In this document: piece after piece, positions 15,751-30,000 of the stretch | How positions within the stretch are numbered: position 1 is the stretch's first letter | Layout: each line of letters opens with the position of its first letter | Origin: Azolla caroliniana | Taxonomy: Eukaryota > Plantae > Polypodiophyta | NCBI GenBank assembly: GCA_043228905.1 | Contig: JBHGNT010000013.1 | Coordinates: forward strand, 19,716,001-19,780,000 | Direction: 5' to 3' | DNA length: 64,000 nt | Position numbers and translations under genes: made by a program | The notes under the pieces: model-generated | What the model saw: only the letters and a program-made list of their open reading frames with translations | Told to the model about the DNA's origin: nothing | The model's database searches: none

Positions 15751-17850
15751 CTAACGGCGACACAGCGCCGTCACATTTGCCGCCGTTTTCTCTGACGGAG
15801 AGACGTCCCGTCGTCATCGTTCATGTGGAGTGGTGGCGACTAATAGGTCTAACCTCCCCGGCACCAGCCCAAAAAGCTATCGGTTCTTGGGTCTTGGAAA
15901 TATAAAGGGTTTGTGGTTTTGTAAATGGCTTCTTCACTTCGTTCGGGCTTCCTCGACCCTTGAATCACGTTTCGTGACCGAATCATGTTTCGTGACCCAA
16001 AAACCTCGCGCCCTTTCTTGGATCACGGTACGTGACTCCAAACCAAAGCTTCGATAGCCAATCACGTTCGGTAACTCCACAACCTCGCCTCGTTTCCAAT
16101 ACAGGTGGTGGAGAACCTCATTAAGGTCCCCGATTCACGATCACGATTGGTAGGAGAGACACGTATTGCGACCCAAGAACCTCGCTACGAATTATATACT
16201 CGTAACACTATGTAGTTATAGGAGCATTTTTGGAAAAAATCGGATATATTTCTAAGAAAAATGTTGATTTGCGGTGTGTTCGAAATCGTAAGACTCTAAT
16301 TTAAATTATGTTTTGTTGGTGACATGTTGAATTTCAATTATTGCATTGTGTGTATTCACAATGGATGTATTCACATATCTTCATTTTTTATTGAACCCGC
16401 GTGTTTTCATGATGAAATTCTTCAAACAGTGATATCCATTGGAGCAACACTTATTAAAATAGACATACATCTCCACATAATCCACACCTTCAAGCATTTC
16501 AGGTCTTTATGTATGCTAGATGCATGAGAAACTAAATCGTTCCAAGGTGTCACCTTTCTTATCTTCTTCGTTCAAGGTAGCTTTATTTGCATAGAAGATC
16601 AGTGTATGTGTAACATGAGAGAAACTCATTAACTTGCGGAGGTGGAAGGGTTGCTTTAGGAAATTAAGGTTTTTGTATATTGCATGGGGCTAAGCTTTGT
16701 GGTTGTATGAACGTTGTATAATATTGCTTATTTGGTATTGTTTCATGTTATTTCACCGCCTACCTTGATTTGTGCTATCTCTAGATGTTGTATGAATTGG
16801 AGGCAGAGGATCATTTTAATAATGATATAGCAATAAAAAATGTTACAATTATTCAATATTTTACCGAGCTCATTGTCAAGGGGTTTTAGCACATAATAAT
16901 ATATCTATTCAACAACAACTTCTAAAAGGGACGTTGGATGTGAAAACTCAATGATGTGTAGAAGGGATCGTCAATTGTTGAGTTCAATGTTCTAGTGCAA
17001 AAAAGTGTGAGCAACTATCTCATGAGGGCATCTAGGTGGTTAATGAAATGGTTAGCCTTCCAAATCGAGACAAAAGTTGCCACATGCTCTTTTATGTTGG
17101 TCTCTTCGCAATATTGGGTACAACATATTGATATTGAGAAAGAGGGGAAATTGAGGTGATGGGAAGGTAGGTGGCGTGGCGATGAAATTAAGTTATTGCG
17201 TGGCTTCTTAGGTCTCACAATTTTATATTGTGGCCTTTACTCCACTTCACATTTGTTAGATGACTAACATACAATATATTAGAAATCTAAAAAGCAAGTC
17301 TCAATAGTTTTCTCCTCCACTAAAGACAATGTATGTAATTGTTGTTCTCACTACTAAAGAAGGCATGTAGCTATAACAACTAAGGAAGGAACTTACATGG
17401 CGCACATGCCTTAATCTTCCCATCAGTAAGGCGATTGAGCTTAAGATGGAGCTCTTGCTTGAGTACGAAGGAAAATGTTACGAGGAATTAAAATCCAATG
17501 AATGGTGGGATAAGAGCTTGTACCTTCGAAACGATCAAAACCCAATGCTTGCTCGTTAATTGATGTTCATACGAAAGAGAGAATAATTTCCCTAACGAGA
17601 AGAAGTTACACAATACATTGCCCCTAGGTTTGAAACGAGGACCCGAGGATGATTATAAATAAAGTTAGACATAGGGAGTCAAACCTCCAATCATATGTGG
17701 GTTCTCATTTCGGACCTAGGGACCTTCAATCGTCCACATGCTCATGTTAGACCTAAGAGCTTAGGTCTCACATTCATTTTGTATGTAATTCCGCCCTTTG
17801 AACCTATGTCATTCACATTCATACCTAGCTAAGACTGCACATAAGTGTGG

Positions 17851-18341
17851 CCCATTGTTGTAGAATACTTACCATACAATACACGTAGAATGTGTGTGCT
17901 AAGTATATTAAAAGTATTCAACCTTTTTGAAAAACTACTTAGCATACGTATTTTACAGACAATATATGTAAAATATGTGTAAAATACTTTAAATACGAAG
18001 AATACATGTGGAATACTTCAAATATGAAGAATATTGTAGAATACTTCAGTCTTCAAATACGAAGAATATGTGTAGAATACTTTAAATATGTAGAATATGT
18101 GGAAAATACTTTAAATACGTGGAATACATGTAAAATACATTAAATATTTGTTAAATATAGCCATATTTTATAATTTTTAATTGATTTTTTAAAACTTTTT
18201 GGGAACATTAAATACTTGTCAAATATGTTAGATACTTAGAACACATGAAATATTATAAAATGGCAATTCTAAAATGTAGAATATGTGTAGAGTACTTTAG
18301 AGTATTCTAAATGTGGAATACACATTTTTTAACAACTATGG
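17851..18341. repeat. AT-rich degenerate tandem array (gtagaatactttaaatay...), possibly an old MITE
   Basis: About 15 diverged gaatact/aaatac units. The ends ccattgttgt / acaactatgg are weakly inverted; no target-site duplication was found. Confidence 0.55.
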
Positions 18342-19192
18342 TGCATCTTAACTAATCAGGCCAAAGCAAACACTATATACCAAGCCACAACTAGAGAGCA
18401 CTTGCTACCAACCACTAATAGATTAAGCATGTATGTGAAATAATAAGAGATCAGAAAATACAGAGAGAAACAATAAATACACAAAAGCCAAAAATGTGTA
18501 TTAATAAGACGTGCGAAATTTTCAATGAAATTACTAGAATACTTGCAGGAGATCAACGTCTTATACAAGAGATGGGGCTTGGTTTAAATAAAGCTTTTAT
18601 GGAAATAGACATAGAAGTTAAGAGGAGCCTAATATTAACAAGAAGGGTGAAGATTTCAAGGAACTACCAAAAATACTTAAAAGTATATCAATTAAGTAAA
18701 CAACATGTAATCAACATCTCACACAAAAGCTGGAGCTGGTTTAAATAGAGGTTTAATGGTAGTTCACATTGAAGTTAAGAGGAATCTAGTAATGAATGGG
18801 AGAGTGTGGGATATCTAAGGTATTCACTTCATTCAATGCAAATGGCATATCTTGTTTTCAAAGTCAATGATGGGTTTTAATACACGCACATGCACCAAGG
18901 AGTGTGTGGTTAAGCTCATTATCTCAATGCCATGCAATCCGTTTTTATTTTATTCTTTATCTAATTTCCAATGAGAAAACTTTCAATATATCAGTGCAAT
19001 CTTATTGGTATTGATATTGGTCTATAATTTGGATGTAGAAGGTTTGAATATTGTCCTTTCGAAACATAATTTTTGTATGTATTGTAGTATAAACTTGGTC
19101 AATTTTAATTATTATTCTTTCATACTCTCATACACACCAAAAGGAAGGCTTTTGGTGGGCAGATGCTCCATTTATTAAAAGGCATGAATGGG

Positions 19193-19337
19193 TTGTTACA
19201 CATGAGCTCATGTTGCCTAACTGTTACACATGGCGACCTGCATGAGCTCATGTTGCCTAACTGTTACACATGGCGACCTGCATGAGCTCATGTTGCCTAA
19301 CTGTTACACATGGCGACCTGCATGAGCTCATGTTGCC
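19193..19337. repeat. Perfect 40-bp tandem repeat, ~3.5 copies
   Basis: catgagctcatgttgcctaactgttacacatggcgacctg at 19201, 19241 and 19281, partial at 19321. Confidence 0.95.
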
Positions 19338-21065
19338 ATCATAACATGAGAAGAGAATATTTAGTGAATGTGGCTCAATTGGCATGGGGAGGAATGGCAA
19401 GATGTAGAATAATAATGTGCACATGTTTTTGAAAAGTATTCCAATTACATGATTTATTGGAGTGTTGTGCCTTCAATTTTTTGATAAATAAAAATATCAA
19501 CAATTTGGATTAATGGATTTTGTTATGTCATTGGTGTTGGCCCTTTAATTTAATGTTCATTCTCTTTTAGATTAAATGTTAATGTTCACAATATTAAAGT
19601 AATGAGGGTATATGACAACAAAGGCTTTATGGTAAACGCATGTCCTCGATTATTCTTATTAATGTGACAACAATGATGAGTTAAGTTAACAATATGCTCC
19701 TTTGACTCTGATAGGAGATTTTTATGCAAAAAACATTAAAAACTATAATCGTGGAATGCAAAGGTATATGAATGGTTGTGTATGTGGAAAGGATCCCTCA
19801 CAAATATTGTATGATCAAGGTAAATCATGGTTACATGTGGAATGGAAGCATATAGATGGTCTTGAGTGTATCATGGATCGTTTATGTATGGTCAATGGTC
19901 GTGCATCACCGTCATTGGAGCACGAGTGCGTGTCATGGAGCAAAGAAAAACAAACTTTTCAAAGCTAGCAAACAAACATATCAAACTCAAATCGGCGTTC
20001 TTCATTTGGTGGTCAATCCACTCTCGTGATGAGAAACATTGTCTCCATTTCTTGTGGGGAAAGGATGTTCATTGTCATCTGATCGAGCTAGACGTAGGAA
20101 TGACAAACACCAATGCATCCGGTGACCATGAGGTATCATGACATAGTTTTAGGTCCTATCAACAATACATGGAACTTGCATGGCGGTCAAGGGGCCATTG
20201 GCTTAACATATAAATATGGGATTAGCCATGTCATTTTATCATCTCCTCAGTAAAACTACAAAGATATTGGTGGTTCAATAAAGCTCTTATAACATGGCGC
20301 CAATCATCTAATCGACGCGGCCAAGGTTCATCTCTAGACAATAAGCATCAGCGGAATGGGACGTCGTTAGCTAGGGTTAAGGGATAGTCTCAAACATAGT
20401 ATGAACCATACGTGCATTCACATTCGCGAAAGAAAAACACCCGCAAAGAATGATAAATACCATACTTTTGGATTAACTATTTATTATGAGGTAAATAAGC
20501 CTAAAAAATGGAAAAGAACAAAAAACAAATGGGAAAAAAACAAAAATAAAAACACAAGAATGTTTGAATAACATTCACATTCGTTTTCCAACGTAGGAAA
20601 ACGAATGTTATGCTAGACGAACACAAATTTTACGTACTATGGTCTCAAATCTTTTGCTTGGGGGTGGTCGAGAGGAACACCATAACATCATCAATTTGAT
20701 ATAATTGTGAGACACTAGACATAGACACAGGGAGGCAAGAAGAAGAAGGTTTGGGCGGGCGGGCGGGAGCCCGTCCAAAACAAAAACAAACCAAGTAAAC
20801 GTGAAAGACCAACGAACCAACGAACAAAGGTTCATCATGGGATGACAATGCTATCGATCTATCTATCTATCTATCTCTACGGATACGGTATGCATGTATT
20901 TATTGTTATTTCATGTGACTTGTTGTGCGCGCGAAGGGACTCCTCGCTTGCTCGCGGGCCGGGCCGTCCATGCCTTTGGTTCCTCCTCACCTCTGCGTGC
21001 GCAGACCAGACGGATCTCCTCCTCCTCCTCCACAGAAGAACCGTGAATTCTAGGGTTCCCACTCC

Positions 21066-24000
21066 ATGGAGACCTTGCAGGAAGACGTGGCCTTCTCAGA
21101 CCCTGTTTTAAACCAAAATGTAACCAATCAGTTCTCCTCTTTGCTTGTTCAGCCTTTTGTCTGCTCCCTATTAGGGTTCGCAAAGAGTTTGTTCGAAGAT
21201 ATTTGTGCCTGATGATCTTCTGTTTTTGTTTTGGTTGTTGGTTTGTTCCATCTTTCCCAGATTGATGAAGATCCCACCTCTCATCAGAGCGACAGTGAAA
21301 TCGTGGAGGAGGAATTAATGAAGATTGTTAACGTAAGGAAGTGTGGTTTCTTTTCTTCCCGTTCTGAATTAGAGATTAGAATCGAAAAAATTCTTTTTTT
21401 GTTTTGTTTCCGTTATTAATTAGATATTTTAATCAACTTATTTGTATTTTTGGGTTTTGTTAAGCGAGCATTAGAATCAATAAATTCTTAACTAGAAATT
21501 AAACTAAAATCACTTACGTTTGCTACTATTGCCCTTTCAATGTTTTAGAATTAATAAAGGTTGTTGAGGTAAGAAAGCATGATGCCCCCCCGGCTCACTA
21601 TGCAAGTTAATGGAATATGAGGACCACTGGTTCTCGGTGTTGTTCTTGCTAGAACTATTGTTCTTCTTGAGATTCCACTCCCAGATGACACAATTCGCAA
21701 ATTCTTTCTATAGGGGTAGATGTACATCGCTACATTCCTCAAGGTGTAACTGATGTGAAAAGGTCCGTAGCTGCCCTATCACACTATGCAGCAAATAGGG
21801 TACATGTATGCCCATATAAGCAGGTTTGATGATTAATCCATCCTCAAATGTGAACAAAGTGCCTTATAGTGTGCCATCTTCCTACCAAGAGATGTTGTGG
21901 GTCCAATCCATGATCTTCTGTAATCCAATTTGATAATCAGTTCAGATCACTCTATTCTTTTTCACTTTGGTCATGTTTACATGGGGACAATCCGAGCTAT
22001 AATGGAACAGGGGTAGTGCATTTCTGGTTATGCCATGTGACTCAAACCATTGTTGTGTTTCAGCATACCAATGAGGATTATCTCTGTTTTCAGCAAGTTA
22101 TTTTGATGACATAATTGCCAACTTTTAGTACACGTGTTCAGGGAGCTCCCTCCCAAAGTGGTTGGATACGGGTCACTGGTTGGAATAATGCTTCAGCGAT
22201 TAATGGGCCTGCTCCCATCTCCACCCCAAATTTATCATGGGGCACCAATGCTTTATTTCTGGTTATGCAGGCAATCACCTAGACTAACGGTCCCTTTCTT
22301 TCTAAATCTTTCCAGATATTTGCCTTGCCTTGTTCTCTAGGTTTCAACCATGTAAAGAAGAGTTGGTGTGATAAGTGTATCAAACATTCATAATTTAGTT
22401 CGTGGCTCATGGAACTATAGAGAAAGAAAGAAAGGTATATTAATGTATTTTAAGAGGCCAAGATGGCCCCTAAGACCAAATAGGAGATTACATCTTAAGT
22501 GTTGTCTCATCTTTGAGAACAACAAATCAAGATAAATAAATATGACTTAAGTAAAAAAAAGAAAGAAAGCCAAAAGGAGACTAAAGAATCTTGTGGAAGA
22601 TTCTCATTTTTGTCTTCGAAAGATCTCTAGCATAGATCGATCCAAAATGGAGAGGTCTCTGAGCGAGGTAAGCACCTATGATGGCGGGGGATAATGGGCT
22701 TTATTTGTTGGTGAAATGGGTGGTGAGATTGTGGTCCATGGGGTTTGAGCCTACATGCAGGAGACATTGTTATTGCCTGATCTATTGTAAGCCCTTTGTT
22801 ATGTCCCAGTTAGGAGCACATTTGTGTAGTCCTTGATTTACTTGTGGCATGAGTAGGAGTGATGGGGATAAAGAAAGTTGTGATTTTTCTTTGTTGATGA
22901 ACTTGTGTGGCTGTATGGTTGTCCTTCAACAACGTTTCCATGTGTCTCTTCAGTTCTAGCTAGAAAAGCCCCAAACATCATTAGTCCTCATATTCCATTT
23001 TCTTGCATAGAGGGCCAAAGCCTTGTTTAAAGAGGCAATGTTATTCGCCTCTTATTTTATAAGAAACACTACAATGACAAAAATGGTATTCTTCAGATTC
23101 CACTCCCTGATGACACAACTGGAAAATTCTTTCTTCTAGAGGTATTTGTGCATAGCTGCCTACCAAAAACTCTTAACTGATGTGATGAAGTTTGCAGCTG
23201 CCCTATGACATTGCGCAACACATAGGATAGATGTATGGCGTGATGATGAATCCGTCCTCCAATGTATGTAGAAAGTGTCTTATAATGGGCCTATTACACT
23301 GCGCAACACATAGGATAGATGTATGTCCATATAAGATGGCGTGATGATGAATCTGTCCTCCAATGTATGTAGAAAGTGTCTTATAATGGGCCATTCTCCT
23401 ACCAAGTGAGATTTTGGGGCTGATCCATGTTATCTTGTTTTTTGCAAGTTGATAATATCCAATCGGATCACTTTATTCTTTTCCACTTTGGTCATGTTTT
23501 AATGGGACGATCCAAACTATATTGGAACATGGGTAATGCATTTATGCTTATGCTATGTTACTCGAACCATTGTTGCATTTTAGCATACCAATAATGAATG
23601 TCTCCATGTTCAGCAAGTTGTTTTGATGACATAAGTGCCAATCTTGGGTACCTTCCTTTAGGGAGCTCCGAAAGCCGTTGGATACATGTCATTGTTTGGA
23701 ATAATGCCTCGATTATTATAGGGGCTGTTCCCATATCTACCTGGTTTATATCATGGGCCACCAATGATTTGCTCCTTATCACATAGGCAATCCTTGAGAC
23801 TAAAGGTCTCTCTAATTCTGTTGAGAATATGGAGCCAGCCACAACCGGCTAGCAAGCAGAGATGGAAATAACAACAAAACAGGAAATGAAAACAAAAGAC
23901 AGAGACACAGAGTTTTATCATGGAAACCCTAAATGGAAAAACCACGGGAGCCCACAGATGCCAAACAGAATCATTATATCAGAGTGTGTACACTGCTCAA

Positions 24001-27000
24001 AGCCACAACCTCGAGATGATCTTCGTCTCGATAGACGGATATACAGAGGGAGAGAGAGAGTGCAAAGCAAAATATTGCACAACACTACCTTTTTACACTC
24101 AGATTATACAACTCTGATCATAATAATAACTACGTTGCCCTAGCTCTATATATATAGATATTTATAAATATAGCCATGAGTCGGCTTCCACCGGCTTGCC
24201 TTTGGTCGGATCGGCTGAGTCGGCTCCTAATTGAGCCTGATCTAATACATGTCCGGCTCATAGCTGGACTGATCGGCATCCATCCGGTTCCTAGCCGGAT
24301 AGGTTCTCCTCCCATTAGGAGGGACCTCTCCTACACAACAAACTCCCCCTTCACTCCCGTATGAGAGTTGACCAAATCGACTTTCAACCGGCACAGATTC
24401 ATTCAGCTTGCCCATAGTCAATGCCTTCTTCAGCATGTCTAATCAATTATCATTTGTATGAATCTTCTCAAGGGCGAATTCCATTTCTTCCACTCTCTCT
24501 CGTAACCAATGATATCTCCTTTGGATATGTTTTGTCTGAGAGTGATAGGCAACATTCTTTGCAAGATGAACGACACTCTGATTGTCACAATGTAGAAGGA
24601 ATTGATCTTGCTTCATTCATAACTCATGAAATCTCTCATCCATATAACTTCCTTGCCGGCTTCTACGACAACCATGTAAGAAGTGTCTTATAGTGGGCCA
24701 TCATTGTACCAAGTTAATAATATCAGTTCGGATCACTTTGTTCTTTTCCACTTTGGTCATATTTAGATGGGGACAGTCCAAGCTATATTGGAACGGGGGT
24801 AGTGCATTTATGCTCATGTCATGTGACTCGAACCATTGCTGCATTTCAGCAGACCAACAATGAGTGTCACCATTTTCAGCCAGTTGTCTTGATGACATAA
24901 GTGCCAACCTTTGCACAGTAAATATAAAAGTAAATAAGATGAAAAGAGAAGAAACGAGGGAATCTGGTTTTTGGTACATGTGAGATTCTCAAGTTAGGTA
25001 TATTGTAGCTCCTGTCTTTGAAAGATCTCTAGCATAGGTCAATCCAGAATGGAAATGTCTCTGAAGCGAGGGAAGCACCTACGATGGCGGGAGATAATGG
25101 CTTTTATCTGTCGATGACAAGGGTGTTGAGGTCGTTGTTACGGGCATGACCATTTAATATCCCGTGGTGAGAATTTACCGTAGTATTCTATACACGTGGA
25201 TAAGTGTGAGGGTTAAACAAGAGTGTAAAGAAGGGGAGGATTACTTTTAATCCTCGGGATTGAGACAACCCATTAGGTCAAGTGTGAACTTGCCTGGGGG
25301 CCTTGGGTATCGCTATAAATAAGAGGCCTAGCTACCCTCATTTGATCATCTTTTGACTACATCGAGACTCTGCTCTTGTGGTGGGTCAACTCTTGTAGCG
25401 AGCGCGCCAGCACCAGGTACGACTCGACGCCACGACGGTGGTATGGGACGCCGATCGAGGCTCGAGTCTGTCTCGATCCCTTCGCTCGGGGGTGGTCGGG
25501 TGAATCGGCACCCTTCTTTCTCTTTCTCCTTTCTATCTTTAGTTTATCCTTATCTTAAGCTTACTTTAGTACCTAGATCTCTAATAGTCGTGGTCCATGG
25601 GGCCGGGGCTACGTGCACGGCAAATTTGTAAAGAATCTAGCTCTAGTAGAGTTTAGTATTCAGAAGCGTAGTGTGTGTGTGAGAGAGAGAGAATGTATAA
25701 GCAAGAGAAGGAATTACAGAGAATAACCAAAAAAATAAGAAAACACACAGTAGGGGGATGACAACTTATGCACTTAAGAGAGCTATATTAATTATCTAAA
25801 AATCATCAACTAAATTGAATGGCCAAAGGGGATATATAAAAGTCCTCAAGGGACTGCCCTATTAAATGTGTTGGTGGAATCTAACCAAGATATCCACTTG
25901 AGGACGATTTTGTCATAAGAATATCTAATATTCTTTGACCACACTAACACTCGACAACTACACGGATTACAATAAAGTGTGCTCTCACACACTCGACAAA
26001 TACACAGATTACAATAAAGTGTGCTCACACGCTTTTTCATACATTGTCCTTTTCTTCACAACACATGTTCACACAAGTTGAGCTTGATTCTCAACACGCC
26101 CCCTCAAGGTCAATTGTGTGTCCTCTTAAGCTTGGTTGTCTTGGTGTAGTTGAAGACCCAACTGCAGTTGGTCGGACTACTAGATTGTGGTTTTCCCATT
26201 GTTCCTATGTACTTGATCTTGATCTAGCAATGTCGATCTTGCCAATCCAAAATTTCGAGCTTCAAAAATTCCGGGCTTTGGAGAGTCTTCCTCTAACTTG
26301 CCGGGTCAAGTCGGATTAGATGTGCTGGCCTTACTTTGCCAACACCGGTCTCACTCTTCCTCTTGTATGGTGCTGATTCTCCATGTTTTCCTTCATCTTT
26401 GTACTTTTACTCTCCCCCAAGCTCAGCATATCGAGTGGTCTAAGGCCTAGATCCACTGAGAACTGCCGTAGCTTGTCGAGACCTAGCGCCTTAGTGAAAA
26501 TATCAGCCACTTGCATGTTGGTGCCAACGTATTGGAGGTCAATGTCACCGGCCAATATGCGCTCATGGATGTAATGATAGTGCACCTCGATGTGCTTAGT
26601 CCGGGCGTGAAACACCGGATTCTTTGCAAGCTGGATGCTGCTGAGATTATCGCAGTGGATCAGTATTGGCTTGTTCACCAATTCGTTGAAGTCTTTCAGC
26701 AGTCTTTTAAGCCATACAGCTTCGCAAGCAGCTACAGCTGCGGCCCTATACTCCGCCTCAGTGCTCGATAGAGCGACTGTTGGTTGTTTCTTGCTCCAAG
26801 AGATTGCTCCACTACTGAGTGAAAACATAAATCCCGAAGTGGATCGCCTATCAGATGCATTGCCGACCCAATCAGCATCCGTGAAGCCTTCGAGTCGAAG
26901 TGGTGCTCCACGTTTATAGAAGATACCATAATCAAGTGTTCCACTAATATAACGTAACACTCGCTTAGCACAATCCATGTGAGTGTCGCGGAGGGTTTCC

Positions 27001-30000
27001 ATGAACTGGCTAAGAACCCCGACTGGAAAGCTGAGGTCTGGTCGGGTGATAGTTAAGTAGATAAGACTCCCAATTATTTGGCGATACTGTGTCGGCTCAC
27101 AGAATTTTCCAGAATCTGTTGTTAGCTTCATATTTCGATCAAGGGGTGTTGAGATGGACTTACACTCGGTCATTCCGAACTTATAGAGCAAGTTCAACAC
27201 ATAGTGTCGTTGTGAGAGTAGGAACCCTTCTAGAGTTTGAATGACCTCGATGCTGAGAAAATAATGTAAGTCATTCAGATCCTTCATAGAGACCTCATCT
27301 ATATAGAGACCGAAGAGAGTGGGGGATAGTGGGCATCCTTGCTTCACTCCAATTGTGCTAGCCACCGCCTTTGACAAGCCCTTGGAAGACCGGACTTTTC
27401 TTGACATGGATTCATAGAGTGCATAGATTCCCCATTGCATATATGTAGGAACACCAAGGGCTTCTAGCCGCTGCATAAGCCGTGCACGTGGCAGTGTCAA
27501 AGGCTTTTCGGAAATCCAGAAAACAGCAATAAATCCTCTTATTGTGGGCTCTGCCCTCAATAAGGGCTTGGAGGGTGAATATGTGATCCAAAGTTGTGAA
27601 CCCCTTCCGAAAGCCTGCCTGTCCAACTAAACGGCAACCATTCTGATCTGCCTATATACTCAATTCTGATTCTAGAATCGACCCATATAGTTTAGCCAAG
27701 TAATGGCCAATCATGATTGTCCTATAGTTGCTTGGCATCATGGGGTCTCCACTCTTGAGGATTGGCACAATGGTATGCTGAGTCCATCTAGTAGGGAAAC
27801 CTTCACACATGGCTCTATTAAAGATGTGTGCTAGCAATGGGAGCAAGGTGTCACAGGCATGGATAAAGTGCTCACCCACCAATCCATCATGATCTTGGGC
27901 CTTCCCAAATTGTAGCCGATCAATGGCATTTCTTACATTTTGTGGTGTAAAGAAGGTTGATTCATGTGGGCGTGAATCATTCGGGTGGGGAAGAGGAGGT
28001 TGCCCCGGTATACCATATAGAACCTTAGCATATTCATGCCACACCTGTGGTGAGGTTAATTGTGTGGTGGGCTGCCTCTCATTAAACATTTTCCATGCTC
28101 ATTTACTCCCTTGTCCTAGAAACAAGTGATACAAATGATCTTCAAATTTAGCCAAATACAATCTCTTCTTCTTCCTTACGAGGCGTTGGAAGGTTGCTCT
28201 CGCTTGGTTATGTGTATAAATGCCCCGTGTTGCATCACGCTGCAAGCATCTCCTTGGATCATGACATTCCTCATCATACCAACTATTTTGTATTACTCTA
28301 CCAAGTTTGGGGGGATTGGCCGATGTGTGAGGGAAGGCATTTGTGGCTGCTTTATGCAATGATTTGGACAATCCTTGGGTAAGCTCTTCAAAGGGTGCGA
28401 AAGGATCCAAATCTAGCATGCCATTGTAGACACTACAACTATACACATCAATTGTCTCGCAAGTAAATAGATACTTAGCCAGCCCACTCTCCTTAGCATA
28501 TACATCCTTTGTGCATCCATCCTTTATCTCGAAGCGTAGATATGCACGATCTACTGCCAAGCCAATAGGTCTACCTGATATTGTGAACACTGCTATTTCA
28601 TGTATAAGAGATGGAGATCCCATTAGATAATCGACTGTGCTTGCACCCCCTTTTGGGTTCCAACATGTCGAAGCATCTGATCTAGGCCATTGTGACAAGC
28701 CATTATATATCACAAATCCATGCGCACTTCCCAAGGCTAGAAAGTGTTTTCCATATTCAGTTATAGCACTCATATCTTGAGCTTGTCGCTTTAGACCAAC
28801 CTCTTTTGCCATAACTTCTCCATAAACAGCCTCGTTGGTGTTAAACATAGTTGGTTGTTCATCCTTGGTTTGTGCATTAAAATCTCCTAATAGTATTATG
28901 TCCCCCATAGTAGCAAATCTTATGATATCATCATATAGTGGTAGATATGGTGATTCACCTAGAGGTGCAAACCTTGAGTAGGCAGGTGGAAAGTAGCAAA
29001 TTGCAATATATAACTCGCTAAGATCCCCTCTTTTTATTCGTATCCACATGTAGCGTGCATCTACATCCTTATGGACAACATGCACTCTATCATGGAGCTC
29101 CTTTTTGTATAGCACAACCACTCCTCCCGAACCTCTAGTGCTTCCTCATGTCCGAGGTTGGGGGCGACATATTAACTCCTAGCTATATCCTTGTACCTTG
29201 GGGAGTTTGCTAGCCATGCATTGGTGAGTCTTTGTATACATAGCAATATCTGTCTTTTTCAATGTATCTTCAAAATATCTGACATCTGTCCGTAGAGAGC
29301 CGTTGCAATTCCATATGGTCATGCGTAGTGTCTCATAGGCCATATATTGTCATGCGGTCCTCTTCTCTGTAATAATGACCTTGCCATCTCTATAAACGGC
29401 CCATTTTCCTTCCTTTCTTGCATCAAGCACTCGTGGCATGTTTTCTTTGCGGTGTGCCACTTGGGCTGGAGTGAGATCGTCATCTAAGTATATTTTTCAC
29501 CCTTGAGTGCCTTTCTTTTAGAGAGGAAAGCTTTTTTCTTGTCTATATCCATGAAGCGGATGATAAGGGCTTTAACTCTAGACTCATCTCTTCCCACCCT
29601 CCATGCCGAAGCAAATGGAATATCTGATGCTCCAATCTTTAGAGAGAGAGAGCGAGAGAGAGAGAGTGCAAAGCAGAATATCACACAACACTACCTTTTT
29701 ACACTCAGATTACACAACTCTGATCATAATAATAACTACGTTGCCCTAGCTCTATATATAGGTATTTATAAATATAGCCATGAGTCGGCTTCCGCCAGCT
29801 TGCCTCTGGTTGGATCGGCCGAGTCGGCTCCTAACTGAGCCTGCTCTCATACATGTCCGGCTCACAACTGGACTGATTGGCATCCATCTGGTTCCTAGCC
29901 GGATAGGTTCTCCTCCCATCAGGAGGGACCTCTTCTACACAACAAATTCTTTCTAGTATTTTGCTTTGTTAATACTTGGTCCCACGTTTCTACTCCATAG

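Larger units (their letters stand above)
24914..29640 (-). mobile_element. LINE B (RTE-X-like) with ORF1 3' end, APE endonuclease and RT N-terminus; interrupted by a solo LTR and Copia B
   Basis: The ORF1 end (IIRFMD..KKAFLSKRKALKGE...DDDLTPAQ) stops at 29350. ORF2 starts MAYETLRMTIWNCNG at 29343 and contains GDFNA, STVDY, NYRTI and GVKQGCPLSPTLFG, with frameshifts. The 3' region at 24914-25135 matches the insertion at 34469-34720. Confidence 0.88.
23819..29944 (-). mobile_element. Copia LTR retrotransposon A (internally deleted; hosts later insertions)
   Basis: 3' LTR 23819-24340 (TG...CA) is followed by the polypurine tract complement aactccccctt. An RNase H remnant at 24380-24660 reads CDNQSVVHLAKN..HSQTKHIQRRYHWLRE...DMLKKAL. 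A partial 5' LTR lies at 29641-29944. 5-bp target-site duplication aattc at 23814-23818 and 29945-29949. Confidence 0.9.

Noticed and set aside
19193-19337. Regular 40-bp repeats as a CRISPR-like array
   Set aside because: The units are contiguous and identical with no unique spacers, and the context is eukaryotic. This is a minisatellite.
19600-20140. ORFs 19702..19968 and 19866..20141 as a gene
   Set aside because: No splice structure. LIGDFYA resembles a decayed LINE endonuclease GDFN motif, so this is probably a TE relic.
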